Shown here: positions 39,301 through 58,148 of the stretch, piece after piece | Numbering within the stretch: the first letter of the stretch is position 1 | Layout: the number at the start of each line of letters is the position of its first letter | Assembly: GCF_009914755.1 (NCBI RefSeq) | Contig: NC_060936.1 | Source: the human T2T-CHM13v2.0 reference genome, Homo sapiens | DNA: 64,000 bases | Reading direction: 5' to 3' (one strand) | The notes under the pieces: model-generated | The model's database searches: none | The model's input: the letters and a program-made list of their open reading frames with translations, nothing else | What the model was told of the DNA's origin: nothing | Position numbers and translations under genes: made by a program

Positions 39301-39744
39301 TTGCACAGCAATCAAACTATCCTAGTATGGACAGGAGAATGGAATGGTTCAAGAATGGGAATGATACACCGAAGTCACCCTGAAGCTGCTGGGAAATGAC
39401 AGCAAAACTTCTGTCTCAGGGTCTCAGAGCTGAGATCTGAAGATTCAACTCCAATTTGGGATCTGCCACTGAGAAGTTGTGTGACTTGGGTAAGATTCTT
39501 GACTTACTTGGGATCTAGTGATCCCAGTCACATAGGGCTGGGTAAGCTCACTCAATGGGCTGCTATGCATACATAATGCATATAACAGCACACAAACTAG
39601 ATTCAGCCATGCAAATCATCTTCAACCTGCCCATCTATAAGTTTCTGAAAGCCAAAAGATAAAGCATTTCAATATTTTACATATTCCACCTTATTCTATA
39701 AAGATACAAATACTTCCCCTGTGTCTGCCTTCTGCAGGACTCAC

Positions 39745-39966
39745 CAGCTCTGTATCCTTGAGCCAAGGCTTTCTGCTTTCCAACCTTTAGCATCTCCTTG
39801 TTGATGTCACACACCACGACACGAGACCCGCCCAAGGAATCTTCTTCATTCTGGTACTCTTTGGCAATTTCTTCCCAGGATAAATTTTGTTGGGCCCTTA
39901 ACTGCCTCTTCTGTTTTCTCTGATGCTGGGACTGAACATAATTAAGGAACCGGAATGCAATGTCAC
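39745..39966 (-). CDS. COQ5: COQ5 exon 3 (DIAFRFLNY...VVVCDINKEML...GYRA)
   Basis: CCACAG| ... CTG|GTGAG, 222 nt, phase 1-1. Confidence 0.97.
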
Positions 39967-40361
39967 CTGTGGGAAGCCAACATGAGGAAAGATGCAGACT
40001 AAAACAAAAATAAAAAAGGAAGAAACAGCATTTCCTAAAACCCAAAGGGGTAACAGAGGCACAGGAGTACCTGTGTTAGCTAACTGGATGCAGTGTGGCT
40101 GAAAGCCAAGTCCTTTCTTCTTTTTGTTAGAGACAGGGACTCACTCCATCACCCTAGCTGGAGTGCAGAGGCACAATCATAGCTGAGTGTGTGAACGTGG
40201 AAGTTTCTACTCATTTCAACACTAACTTTTTTTTTTTAATTAAAGAAATTGGGCTGGGCTCATGCCTGCAATCTCAGCACTTTGGGAGGCTGAGACTGGG
40301 GGATCACCTGAGGTCAGGAGTCTGAGACCAGCCTGGCCAACATGGTGAAACCCCGTCTCTA

Positions 40362-40529
<168 letters not shown>

Positions 40530-40630
40530 TCAAAAATAAATAAATAAATAAATAAAATAAAAACTGAGGCCGGGCGCGGTGGCTCATGCCTGTAATCCCA
40601 GCACTTCGGGAGGCCGAGGCGGTTGGATCA

Positions 40631-40852
<222 letters not shown>

Positions 40853-40899
40853 CTACATCTCAAAAAAAAAAACCAAATCAAGTGTTTATAATACTGTGA

Positions 40900-41165
<266 letters not shown>

Positions 41166-42071
41166 TAGTAGAGATAGGGTTTCATCATGTTGGTCAGGCT
41201 GGTCTCGAACTCTTGACCTCAGGTGATCCACTCGCCTCGGCCTCCCAAAGTGCTGGGATTACAGGCATGAGCCATTGCGCCTGGCCCTATATTTCCTTTC
41301 TTATAATGCTGTTTCCGGCTGGGCTCGGTGGCTCACGCCTGTGATCCCAGCACTTCAGGCTTCAGGAGGCTGAGGTAGGCAGATTGCTTGAGCCCAGAGG
41401 TTTGAGACCAGCCTGGGTAACATGGTGAAACTCAGTCTCTACGAAAAAAATTACAAAAATTAGCCAGGTGTGGGGCACATGCCTGTATTCCTAGCTATTT
41501 GGGAGGCTGAGATGGGAAGATTACTTGAGGCCTGGGGGGTGGAGGTTGCAGTAAGCCGAGATGACGCCACTACACTCCAGCCTGGCGAAAGTGCAAGACC
41601 GTTTCCAAAAAAAAAAAAAAAAAAAAGCCGTTTCCTTGTCTTTGTTTTTCCTACACTATTTCCAAGAAATATATCCTTGTTTCTCCCATATGTCCAACCA
41701 ATTAGGTATTCTCCAGTCATTCTCCAGTCATTTTTTATTTTATATCTTTTTTTTTTTTTCCCTGAGACGGAGGCTCGCTCTATTCCCAGGCTAGAGTGCA
41801 GTAGCACGATCTCAGCTCACTGCAACCTCCGCTTCCCAGGTTAAAGCAATTCTCCTGCCTCAGCCTCCTGAGTAGCTGGGATTACAGGCGTGTGCTACCA
41901 CGCCCAGCTAATTTTTGTATTTTTAGTAGAGACAGGGTTTCACCACATTGGTCAGGCTGGTCTCAGACTCCTGACCTCGTGATCCACACGCCTCAGCCTC
42001 CCAAATGCTGGGATTACAGGCGTGAGCCAACGTGCTCGGCCATATATTTCAATATATTAATTATTTTGTGC

Positions 42072-42122
42072 ATCTTCTCTGTATCATTCCAAATTTAGTA
42101 TATGCGCTACTGAAGTGAGCAC
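42072..42122 (-). pseudogene. 3'-truncated U6 snRNA retrocopy (U6 nt 1-51)
   Basis: 45/51 identity to the U6 5' end as recalled, ACAGAGA box kept; perfect 15-bp TSD ATATTTCAATATATT at 42044-42058 and 42124-42138. Confidence 0.9.
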
Positions 42123-42740
42123 GATATTTCAATATATTTATAGGTATGCATATAACAACATTTAAAAACATAAACAGGGATATTGTATACATTGTTATAC
42201 CACGTGTTTTCTTATTCTTCCCACTTAATATGTCCTTGCAACCTTTCCATCATTACTTGTAAGTTTTCCTTATTGTTTTAAATAGATAAACAATATTTCA
42301 TAGACTGGATATGCCTTAATTTAAAGCCATGTCCTTATTGGGAAGAAATAGGTTATTTCCAATTTTTAATTACTATTAAATGTGATGCAATGAGCGTATA
42401 TGTGACTAAATCTTTGTGGAAGTTTTTCTTTAGGCGACATAGAATTGAAAATGTGAGGCCAGGCGGAGTGGGTCAGGCCTGTAATCTCAACACTTTGGGA
42501 GGCCAAGGTGGGCGGATCACCTTAGGTCAGGAATTTGAGGCCAGCCTGGCCAATATAGTAAAACCTTGCCTATACTAAAAATACACAAAATCAGCCAGGC
42601 ATGATGATGGGCGCCTGTAATCCCAGCTACTTGGGAGGCCAAGGCATGAGAATCACTTTAACCCAGGAGGCGGAGGTTGCAGTGTGCCGAGATCATGCCA
42701 TTGCACTCCAGCCGGGGCAACAGAGCAAGACTCCATCTCA

Positions 42741-43115
<375 letters not shown>

Positions 43116-43510
43116 CTAAATTAACCTCTACAGAGCAAGGTGTCTTCTTGCCCTCTGAGCTTCCATTTGGGGAGAGGATCACACCAACATAGCTACAGAT
43201 AAATATGTTTCAAGTATAGAGATTATTCTATTGTAATTTATCATTATACATTACTCTATCGTTACTAATTATCAAATTATTACATTATATATTATTCTAA
43301 TGTAATTTTATGTATTTATTTATTATTATTATTATTTTTTGAGACAGAGTCTTGCTCTGTAGCCCAGGCTGGAGAGCAATGGCACAATCTCGGCTCACTG
43401 CAACCTCTGCCTCCTGGGTTCCAGTGATTCTCCTGCCTCAGCCTCCTGAGTAGCTGGAATTACAGACGCCCGCCACCTTGCCGGCTATTTTTATTTTATT
43501 TTATTTTTAA

Positions 43511-43783
<273 letters not shown>

Positions 43784-44748
43784 TGAGCCACCACACCCCG
43801 CCATCGCCCAGCTGAATTTTTGTATTTTTAGTAGAGACGGGGTTTCACCATGTTGGCCAGACTGGTCTTGAACTCCTAACCTCAGGTGATCCTCCCAAAG
43901 TGCTACGATTATAGGCGTGAGCCACCACGCCCAGCCTCTAATGTAATTTAACATGTACGATGACATCACCAAGACGCATTGTGTAAAATCATGACATTTT
44001 TCTCTCCAAATGCTCAGTGTACAAGAAGTAACAAAGGACTGTGCACAAACTTTTGATATTTGATGTGATAGCAAATCAAGCAGAAAAGGCAGCCTCAAAA
44101 ACTTATATAAAGTGATAAAAGGCTTCTCTCATCCCCTAAAAAAGAAGAAAAGGGGGTTAAAGGTTAAGCAGAAGATAAAACAGTCATTTAGATGGTGAAA
44201 TGTCACTGGTCAAAAATTTGACTTTTTCCTTTGTAATCCTGCGTTTTTTTTTTTTTTTTTTTGAGACGGAATCTTGCTCTGTTGCCCAGGCTGGAGTGTA
44301 ATGGTACGATCTCAGCTCACTGCAACCCTCCACCTCCCCAGTTCAAGCAATTCTCCTGCCTCAGCCTCCCAAGTAGCTGGGATTACAGGCACCAGCTACC
44401 ACACTGGCTTTTTTTTTGTATTTTTAGTAGAGATGGGTTTTCACCATGTTGGCCAGTCTGGTCTTGAACTCCTGACCTTAGGCAATCCACCCACCGTGGC
44501 CACCCAAAGTGCTGGGAGTACAGGTGTGAGCCGCTGCGGCCAGCCAATCTGTGTATTTTAGAAATGTGACAGGCAGCTGGGCACAGTGGCTCACTCCTGT
44601 AATCCCAGCACCTTGGGAGGCCGAGGCGGGTGTATCATGAGGTCAGGAGTTCAAGACCAGCCAGGCCAAGATGGTGGAACCCTGTCTCTACTAACAATAC
44701 AAAAATTAGCCAGGCGTGGTGGTGCATGCCTATAATCCCAGCTACTCA

Positions 44749-45168
<420 letters not shown>

Positions 45169-45391
45169 CTATCTCAAAAAAAAAAAAGTGACAGGCACAA
45201 AACTGTTATTCTATGCTTTTGATTGATATTCAGTCAAAAAGATAAGTGCGTGCCTTTCTCAGAAGTTATAAGTATGCAGATTTTCAATCACCATCTTCTG
45301 CCTCGTGTTAGGTGAGCTAGCTCATTACAAGAGAGACTAATTTCTGTAAAACATGCTCAATGGTAGTGAAGGATACCAAACTCGACATTAC

Positions 45392-45541
45392 CTGTGCCTC
45401 CAGCAACATCAAGCAGCTGGGTCCCAGGAAGCGGGTGCATCTTCCAGAGCAGCAAATCCTTCCAAACACGATGGATACCAAGACTCATCATATCATTCAT
45501 CACATCATACTTCTTAGCCACACTTTCAAACACCTGATAGA
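45392..45541 (-). CDS. COQ5: COQ5 exon 2 (YQVFESVAKKYDVMNDMMSLGIHRVWK...LLDVAGGT)
   Basis: GTCAG| ... CAG|GTAAT, 150 nt; YDxMND signature and SAM-binding motif I. Confidence 0.97.
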
Positions 45542-45708
45542 CTGACATGGGAGAAACACACACAATAGTGCTATTAACAGAATTCCCTTAGAAAAATCCT
45601 AAACAAAAAAGGAGGAAGCTTTTTTCCCCTGAAATGACCTGGCTTTGCAAGGTGAAACTAAGTCGTAATGCTTGATGCCCAAATCTACACCTTAACATTA
45701 CCTCTTTA

Positions 45709-46683
<975 letters not shown>

Positions 46684-46895
46684 ACATTACCTCTTTAATA
46701 AGAGGCTTAAATGTACTTCATGGAAGAAATCAACCTCTTTTCTGCTGTCTTAATTATTATTACTTAGGACTACTACTTTGTAAAAATGCCATCCATATAC
46801 CTGGTACTAAATAGATGTTTCTGTTTCTTAAAGGATAGGGTGGGGGAAATTGGAATTTTTCTCATGGTTATTATAATAAAAGACAAGATCCATTA

Positions 46896-47234
<339 letters not shown>

Positions 47235-47387
47235 TCATGTCTGCCTGTATCACTGAGAAGAACCTCAGGTACAATTTGGTGGGCACCTAGATGCCAAGCT
47301 GTGAATCAGGGCTAAGTCACAATTTAGAGGGCTCTCATGAGTCTTCTCCATAGGATCAACACAGACTGTGGAATCTGGGATAGCTAA

Positions 47388-47643
<256 letters not shown>

Positions 47644-48269
47644 TAGCCAGGATGGTCTCGATCTCCTGACCTCGTGATCCGCCCGCCTCGGCCTCCCAAA
47701 GTGCTAGGATTATAGGCGTGAGCCACCACGCCCGGCCTTAAAGTTACATTTAACTGTTTTTCACCTCAGTTTCTCTGCCCGTAAGACGGCTATATCAGTG
47801 CCAGCTCCCTATCTCCCTGCCAGAAGGCTGAATTGGATAATGAAGAGGAGATGCTTTGAGTTCCTCAGATGAAATGTGCTACACAGATTGAAAACATGAC
47901 TCTCTTCTGCTGAATCAGACTACAGAGCCCGCCTTTAACTCAAACTTCAACGCCTATTCTCAACCTTCGGATTTCCAAGTGCGCTCTTTCCTTTTTTTTT
48001 TTTAAATTTTTTTTGGGACGGAGTCTTGCTCTGTCACCCAGGCTGGAGTGCAGTGGCGTGATCTTGGCTCACTGTAACCTCCGCCTCCCGGCAATTCTCC
48101 TGGCTCAGCCTCCCAAGTAGCTGGGACTACAGGCACGTGCCACCATGCCCAGCTAATCTGTTGTATTTTTAGTAGAGATGGGGTTTCACTGCTAGCCAGG
48201 ATAGTCTCGATCTCCTAACCTCAGATCTGCCCACCTTGGCTTCCCAAAGTGTTAGGATCACAGGTGTGA

Positions 48270-48503
<234 letters not shown>

Positions 48504-48633
48504 TGACCTCATGATCTGCCCACCTCAGCCTCCCAAAGTACTGGGATTACAGGCGTGAGCCACCACGCCCAGCCTGCTCTTTTGAGCATCTTTTGGGGTG
48601 TCTGGGGGACACTAAGGCTAACCCCACTCGGTA

Positions 48634-50761
<2,128 letters not shown>

Positions 50762-50811
50762 TACTGCAATCTCAGTCCCCAATCTGGAATTCATATTTAG
50801 TTCAGTAGTTA

Positions 50812-50946
<135 letters not shown>

Positions 50947-50949
50947 TCA

Positions 50950-51216
<267 letters not shown>

Positions 51217-51277
51217 CTACTGAAAATACAAAAATTAGCAGGGCACAGTGGCAGATGCCTGTAATCCCAGCTACTCA

Positions 51278-51382
<105 letters not shown>

Positions 51383-51819
51383 TCAAAATAAATAAATAAA
51401 TAAATAAATAAATAAAAACAACCAAAAAAACCCCTATTTTTCTCTAGAGGTAAAGAACGGGGGCTTCAGACTCAGATTAAACTGGGTTTGAATACTGGTT
51501 CCGCCACTTACTGATATGTTCAACTGGGCAACTTCTTGCTTAACCTTTAAGTCTCAATTTCCTCACGTGTAATATGGTAATAACAATACCCACTACTGGA
51601 ATGTTGAAAATGAGAATTGAAAATAATGTCTGTACGTTGCCTGGCACATCACAAACGCTCAGTTGATGGGATTTAGTCATCAGTATTCTGCTTTTAAAAA
51701 GGGGGCGTCTGGCTGGGCGCGGTGGCTCACGCCTGTAATCCCAGCACTTTGGGAGGCCGAGGCAGGCGAATCACCTGAGGTCAGGAGTTCGAGACCAGCC
51801 TGGTGAAACCCCATCTCTA

Positions 51820-52041
<222 letters not shown>

Positions 52042-52121
52042 TTAAATCAACCCTAACTGGCCAGAAGAAACCAGACCATGGACGGTCAGATCCCTCCCAT
52101 CCGCCCTCTCGCCCCTTTCAC

Positions 52122-52323
52122 CTTTGCCCCCCTTCTCCTCTTCCGACACAGTCTCAAACCCAAAGTGCGTTTCCGCTGCCCGCTTCTCTTGGGACAAGAG
52201 CCGAGCACTTAGTAGGTCCCCGGGCCAAGAGCTACGAAGCCCGAGGAGCTGGCAGCCCCGCATCGCCCGCGACCACCCACGGCCGCAATAGCTCCATAGA
52301 GCACAGCTCCCGGGGGCCGCCAT
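52122..52323 (-). CDS. COQ5: COQ5 exon 1, ubiquinone-biosynthesis C-methyltransferase, Arg-rich mitochondrial presequence
   Basis: ATG at 52323; MAAPGSCALWSYCGRGWSRAMRG...THFGFETVSEEEKGGK; donor AAG|GTGAAA; 202 nt. Confidence 0.97.
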
Positions 52324-52460
52324 CTTGGTAGTCGAGTGACAACGGCCAGAGAGTACGCCTTGTTGCGTCACTCCACGAACGACGGCGGCTGGCCGGCAAC
52401 ATTATTAGCCGAACGCGCCCTGAAATCTGATACACAGTTGTGCCGGCATTATCTCTAGGA
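52316..52460 (-). promoter_or_regulatory. COQ5: COQ5 CpG-rich promoter with a TISU/YY1 element over the start codon and a CRE/CEBP-ATF-like site
   Basis: CAAGATGGCGGC at 52316-52327; TGACGCAA at 52363-52370. Confidence 0.65.
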
Positions 52461-53378
52461 TCCAAAGGGTGGTCTCTAAGTATCGGAAATCCCTTCCTCT
52501 CTCTCTTCTCAAATTGAATTTACAATTCACCAGGAATCAGGGGATCTCAGGGGAGCCCCGGGTCACCTCTTAGCGGCCATGTCTCTGAATCCGGCTAGGC
52601 AGAAAAGTACTAACTCGCAAGATATCCAGGAACTCTTGTTGTCTTGTGCAGAAGGGGGAAATTGAGGCATGGTGTGGTTAAAAAGCCAAGATCACGGGCC
52701 AATTCCTGCACACTTTGTTGAGCGTAAGAATCACTTGGTTTAAGTTTTAAAATGAAGATTCCTGGGTCCCCAACTACCAGAGATTTTGATCTGACCTATA
52801 TCCCTTTAATCTCTATTTAAACAAATTTCTCTGGCGATTCTGATGCTAAAGATGCAGACCATTCTTGAGAAACATATGTTACACTACTCTGAAAAATAAA
52901 CATAGGACAGACTTCTTTGTTCTGTCCGTTTTATGAACCTAGGAAGCTCATAAATGGGAACGAAAGCTCTGGTATCCACTTAGCAAGCCAGAACCACCAC
53001 TCACACTTGGTCTCCTGCTGACACAAAGCTACATTCCTAGCTCCAGGTGGCATGTCATGGGTGTTTTACTTCAGCCCCAGATTTTCAGTCTTTTTTTAAT
53101 GGCAAGGGTAATGCAGACCGTCTTGTGCAAAATAAAGAACGGACGTTGTTGAGTTTTGCTTGGATTACTGTATGTTTCTGCTTTCATTCCATTTTAAATG
53201 TATGTTTCCTGTAAATATTTCACGAGGAGAAAGCGCCAATAGAAGAAACTGTTTTGAAATGAAAATTCTCTTCCTGGTTTAATATAGCCTGACAGATGGA
53301 CACCTAACCGCTTTCGTTTGGGAAGTACTGCGCTGGGATTTCTGTTTCTTTCTCTTTTATTTTAAGAATGATAGAAGG

Positions 53379-53410
53379 TCCTCGTTGGTATAGTGATGAG
53401 AAAAAAAAAA
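53379..53410 (+). pseudogene. 22-nt 5' fragment of tRNA-Asp(GTC) with an A10 tail (retrocopy)
   Basis: TCCTCGTTGGTATAGTGATGAG vs tRNA-Asp TCCTCGTTAGTATAGTGGTGAG (20/22); degenerate 15-bp TSD at 53364-53378 and 53410-53424 (12/15); TTTT/AAGA target site. Confidence 0.75.
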
Positions 53411-53768
53411 GGAAGGATACAAGGGCGAAATGATTCATCCATGTATTCATAATTCTCATGTCTTTGTTAAAAGAAATTAAGTGGCTGGGTGCGGTGGCTC
53501 ACGCCTGTAATCCCAACACTTTGGGAGCCCGAGGTGGGCGGATTGCATGAGGTCAGGAGTTCGAGACCAGCATGGCTAACATGGTGAAACCCCGTCTCTA
53601 CTAAAATACAAAAATCAGCCAGGCATGGTGGTGCACACCTGTAGTCCCAGCTATTCAGGAGGTTGAAGCAGGAGAATCCCTTCAACCCAGGAGTCACTGG
53701 TTGCAGTGAGCTGAGATTGCACCACTGCACTCAAGCCTGGGTGACAGAGCCAGACTCCATCTCAAAAA

Positions 53769-53803
<35 letters not shown>

Positions 53804-54011
53804 AGTCTCATCAAAGAATCTTATATCTTCCATATCTAGTTATATAAAAGAATGGATCTCAGGATTTAGGGCTGTTCCTTCTGCACATCAGATTAAGTAT
53901 CCAGACCAACAGTATTTCACTGTTCTCTTATTTCATATGATTTGTGGAGGAAAACCTGTAAAAAGTGAAGTAGGACAAGGACTGTTGGAAGGTATTTTTT
54001 TTTTGAGGTAG

Positions 54012-54317
<306 letters not shown>

Positions 54318-54806
54318 TAGGCTGGTCTTATTTACTTATTTATTGATTCATTCTTTATTTTGAAATAGGATCTCACTTTGTCACCCAGGGTGGAGTGCAG
54401 TGGCACAATCATAGCTCACTTCTCACCCTCCCAGGCTCAAGCCATCCTCCCACCTCAACCTCCTGAGTAGCTGGGACTACAGGTGTGCACCACCACACTG
54501 GGCTGATTTTTGCATTTTTTGTTGAGACAGGGTTTTGCCATGTTGCCCTGAATGGTCTTGAACTCCTGGGCTTGGGCAATCTGCCTACCTCAATCTCCCA
54601 AAGTGCTGGGATTATAGGCGTGAGCAACCGCACCTGGCCCTGGTCATTTCCTTAATAGCATGTCTATGTGATCTTTTGAATCTCAAACTACTATGGTTGG
54701 AAGGGAATCATTTGTAATTTTCCAAAGTACAAATAGGTGTGGTATGATTCCCAAAGTCTTAGCGTCTATATCTGTAAACCATATGTTTTTGTTTTTTGTT
54801 TTTTAA

Positions 54807-55483
<677 letters not shown>

Positions 55484-56999
55484 TAGTAGAGACGGGGTTT
55501 CACTATGTTGGTCAGGCTGGTCTCGATCTCCTGACCTGTTGATCCACCCGGCTTGGCCTCCCAAAGTGCTGGGGTTACAGGTGTGAGCCACCGTGCCCGG
55601 CCCCATATGCATGATTTTCTAAATCTCAGTCTGTATCTGTAAAATGAGGAACTGCTTGTCTCATAGGTAAGAACATCACTTGTTAGCTATGTGATAATAG
55701 GCAAATTATCTGGACTTTTGGAGTCCATTTACTCATCTTTAAATTTTATTTATTTAGGGACAGAGTCTTGTTGTGTTACCCAGGCTGGATTCATACTCTT
55801 GGGCTCAAGTGATCATCCCTCCTCAGCCTCCTGAGTAGCTGGGACTACAGGCACACTTAGTCTAAAATTTAGTTATTGAGAAGATTAAATGTGATAATGT
55901 TAACAGCTGTTAAATACAATTTATAGGAGCCCATTGTTTTGCACTGAGCTTCAGCACAGTAGACCAAACCAAAACAGAGTTACTCAAGGTGAATTTCTAC
56001 CCAACCACGCCTAAACGAAATTGTTTATCTGACCTTCTGAGAAATCATCAAATCCCCAAACTGGTCAGTTTTACCCCACATAAGGAAGTCCATTCTGCTT
56101 AAACCTTTACAAGAAAAGTAATTTTGAAATGACTAATCTGCTTTTTGTTCTCTACTTTTTAAAAAAAAGTTTAGACAGGGTCTCCCTCTCTGTCACTCAT
56201 ACTGGAGTGCACTGGCACGATCGTATCTCACTGCAACCTCCAACTGCTGGGCTCAGGTGATCCTCCCACCTCAGTTTCCTGAGTAGCTAGAACTACAGGT
56301 GTGCAGCCACAGCCACTATGCTTGGCTAATTTTTTTTTCTTTCTCTCTTTTAAATTAAAGTTAGTTTTATTCAAACTATTTTATTCAGAGCCCAGCTAAT
56401 TTTTGTATTTTTAATAGGGTCGGGATTTTGCTATGTTGGCCAGGCTGGTCTTGAACTCCTGGCCTCAAGTGATCTGCCCCCTCCTCAGACTCCCAAAGGG
56501 CTGGAATTACAGGTGTGAGCCACCACGCCCGGCTGCCCAACTAATTTTTTAAAAAATATTTTTATTCTTTAGAGACAGGGGTCTCGCTATATTCCCCAGG
56601 CTGGTCTGGAACTCCTGGCCTCCAAGGATCCTTCCACCTCTGCCTCCCAAAGTGTTGGGATTACACGCATGAAACACTGCTTATGGCCTGTTTCCGCCTC
56701 TGTCTCCTGGGTAATGGGGACCACAGGTGCGCACCGCCACGCCAGGCTAAAGAAATAAAGTGATGTACTGTATGAAGAAGTGCCGTAAAGTGATATTAAA
56801 TGTAAGGTATTGTCATTATTAACGTTATTATTATTATTCCTAATATGAGATAGACTAAAGGCCATAAATCAATTGGTATTAACGCTAGAATAAGAACCAT
56901 AAATTGGCCGGGCGCGGTGGCTCACGTCTGTAATCCCAGCACTTTGGGAGGCCGAGGTGGGCAGATCACGAGGTCAGGAGATCAAGACCATCCTGGCTA

Positions 57000-57182
<183 letters not shown>

Positions 57183-57876
57183 TCAAAAAAAAAAAAAAAG
57201 AACCATAAATCAAACGAGTCTATAAAGGAGTTCCACAGGTATTCCAATGTTTGGCTACATTATTATCAGTGTATATTATTATTGTTACTGTATTTTTAGT
57301 GTACTAAGTGAAAAACCTGGACTTGGAGCAACTGCAAGTCCCATTATTTTGAATGCCCTCACAGTGGGGTTGGGGCGGAGGTGGGGGAGGAAATAAAAAA
57401 AACAAAACCAAAACAAACAAACAAACAAAAACCAAAAAACAAACCACGAGACCCGGATGTAGGCAAAAACTACATTTCCCAGAATACCTCACCCCCTCTC
57501 CACTATATATACAGTCCATCCGGGTTCTTTGAGATGCTGTTTGGCGACTCGTCGCCATTCCCGGAGCAGGTCGGCCTCGGCCCAGGGGCGAGTATCCGTT
57601 GCTGTGTCGGAGACACTAGTCCCCGACACCGAGACAGCCAGCCCTCTCCCCTGCCTCGCGGCGGGAGAGCGTGTCCGGCCGGCCGGCCGGCGGGGCTCGC
57701 GCAACCTCCCTCGCCTCCCCTTCCCCCGCAGCCTCCGCCCCGCCAGGCCCGGCCCGGACTCCCGAGCCCCGGCCTCCTCGTCCTCGGTCGCCGCTGCCGC
57801 CGGGCTTAACAGCCCCGTCCGCCGCTTCTCTTCCTAGTTTGAGAAGCCAAGGAAGGAAACAGGGAAAAATGTCGCC

Positions 57877-58137
57877 ATGAAGGCCGAGAACCGCTGCCGC
57901 CGCCGACCCCCGCCGGCCCTGAACGCCATGAGCCTGGGTCCCCGCCGCGCCCGCTCCGCTCCGACTGCCGTCGCCGCCGAGGCCCCCGTTGATGCCGCTG
58001 AGCTCCCCCAACGCCGCCGCCACCGCCTCCGACATGGACAAGAACAGCGGCTCCAACAGCTCCTCCGCCTCTTCGGGCAGCAGCAAAGGGCAACAGCCGC
58101 CCCGCTCCGCCTCGGCGGGGCCAGCCGGCGAGTCTAA
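57877..58137 (+). CDS. 86-aa upstream ORF overlapping the RNF10 start out of frame
   Basis: GCCATGA starts at 57877 and 57928 (same frame); TAA at 58135-58137, inside exon 1. Confidence 0.6.
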   Translation: MKAENRCRRRPPPALNAMSLGPRRARSAPTAVAAEAPVDAAELPQRRRHRLRHGQEQRLQQLLRLFGQQQRATAAPLRLGGASRRV

Positions 58138-58148
58138 ACCCAAGAGCG
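57992..58148 (+). CDS. RNF10: RING finger protein 10 (E3 ligase), coding part of exon 1; gene continues beyond the window
   Basis: MPLSSPNAAATASDMDKNSGSNSSSASSGSSKGQQPPRSASAGPAGESKPKS; donor GCG|GTAAGG, 157 nt, phase 1. Confidence 0.93.

Noticed and set aside
53379-53400. Functional tRNA-Asp gene
   Set aside because: Only 22 nt; no anticodon arm, T-arm/B-box or 3' acceptor strand.
57381-57809. Pro-rich ORF with ATG at 57534 as another RNF10 uORF, and the 175-aa antisense ORF at 57616-58143
   Set aside because: The ATG lies at about the inferred TSS so may not be in the mRNA; GC-rich islands are stop-poor by composition.
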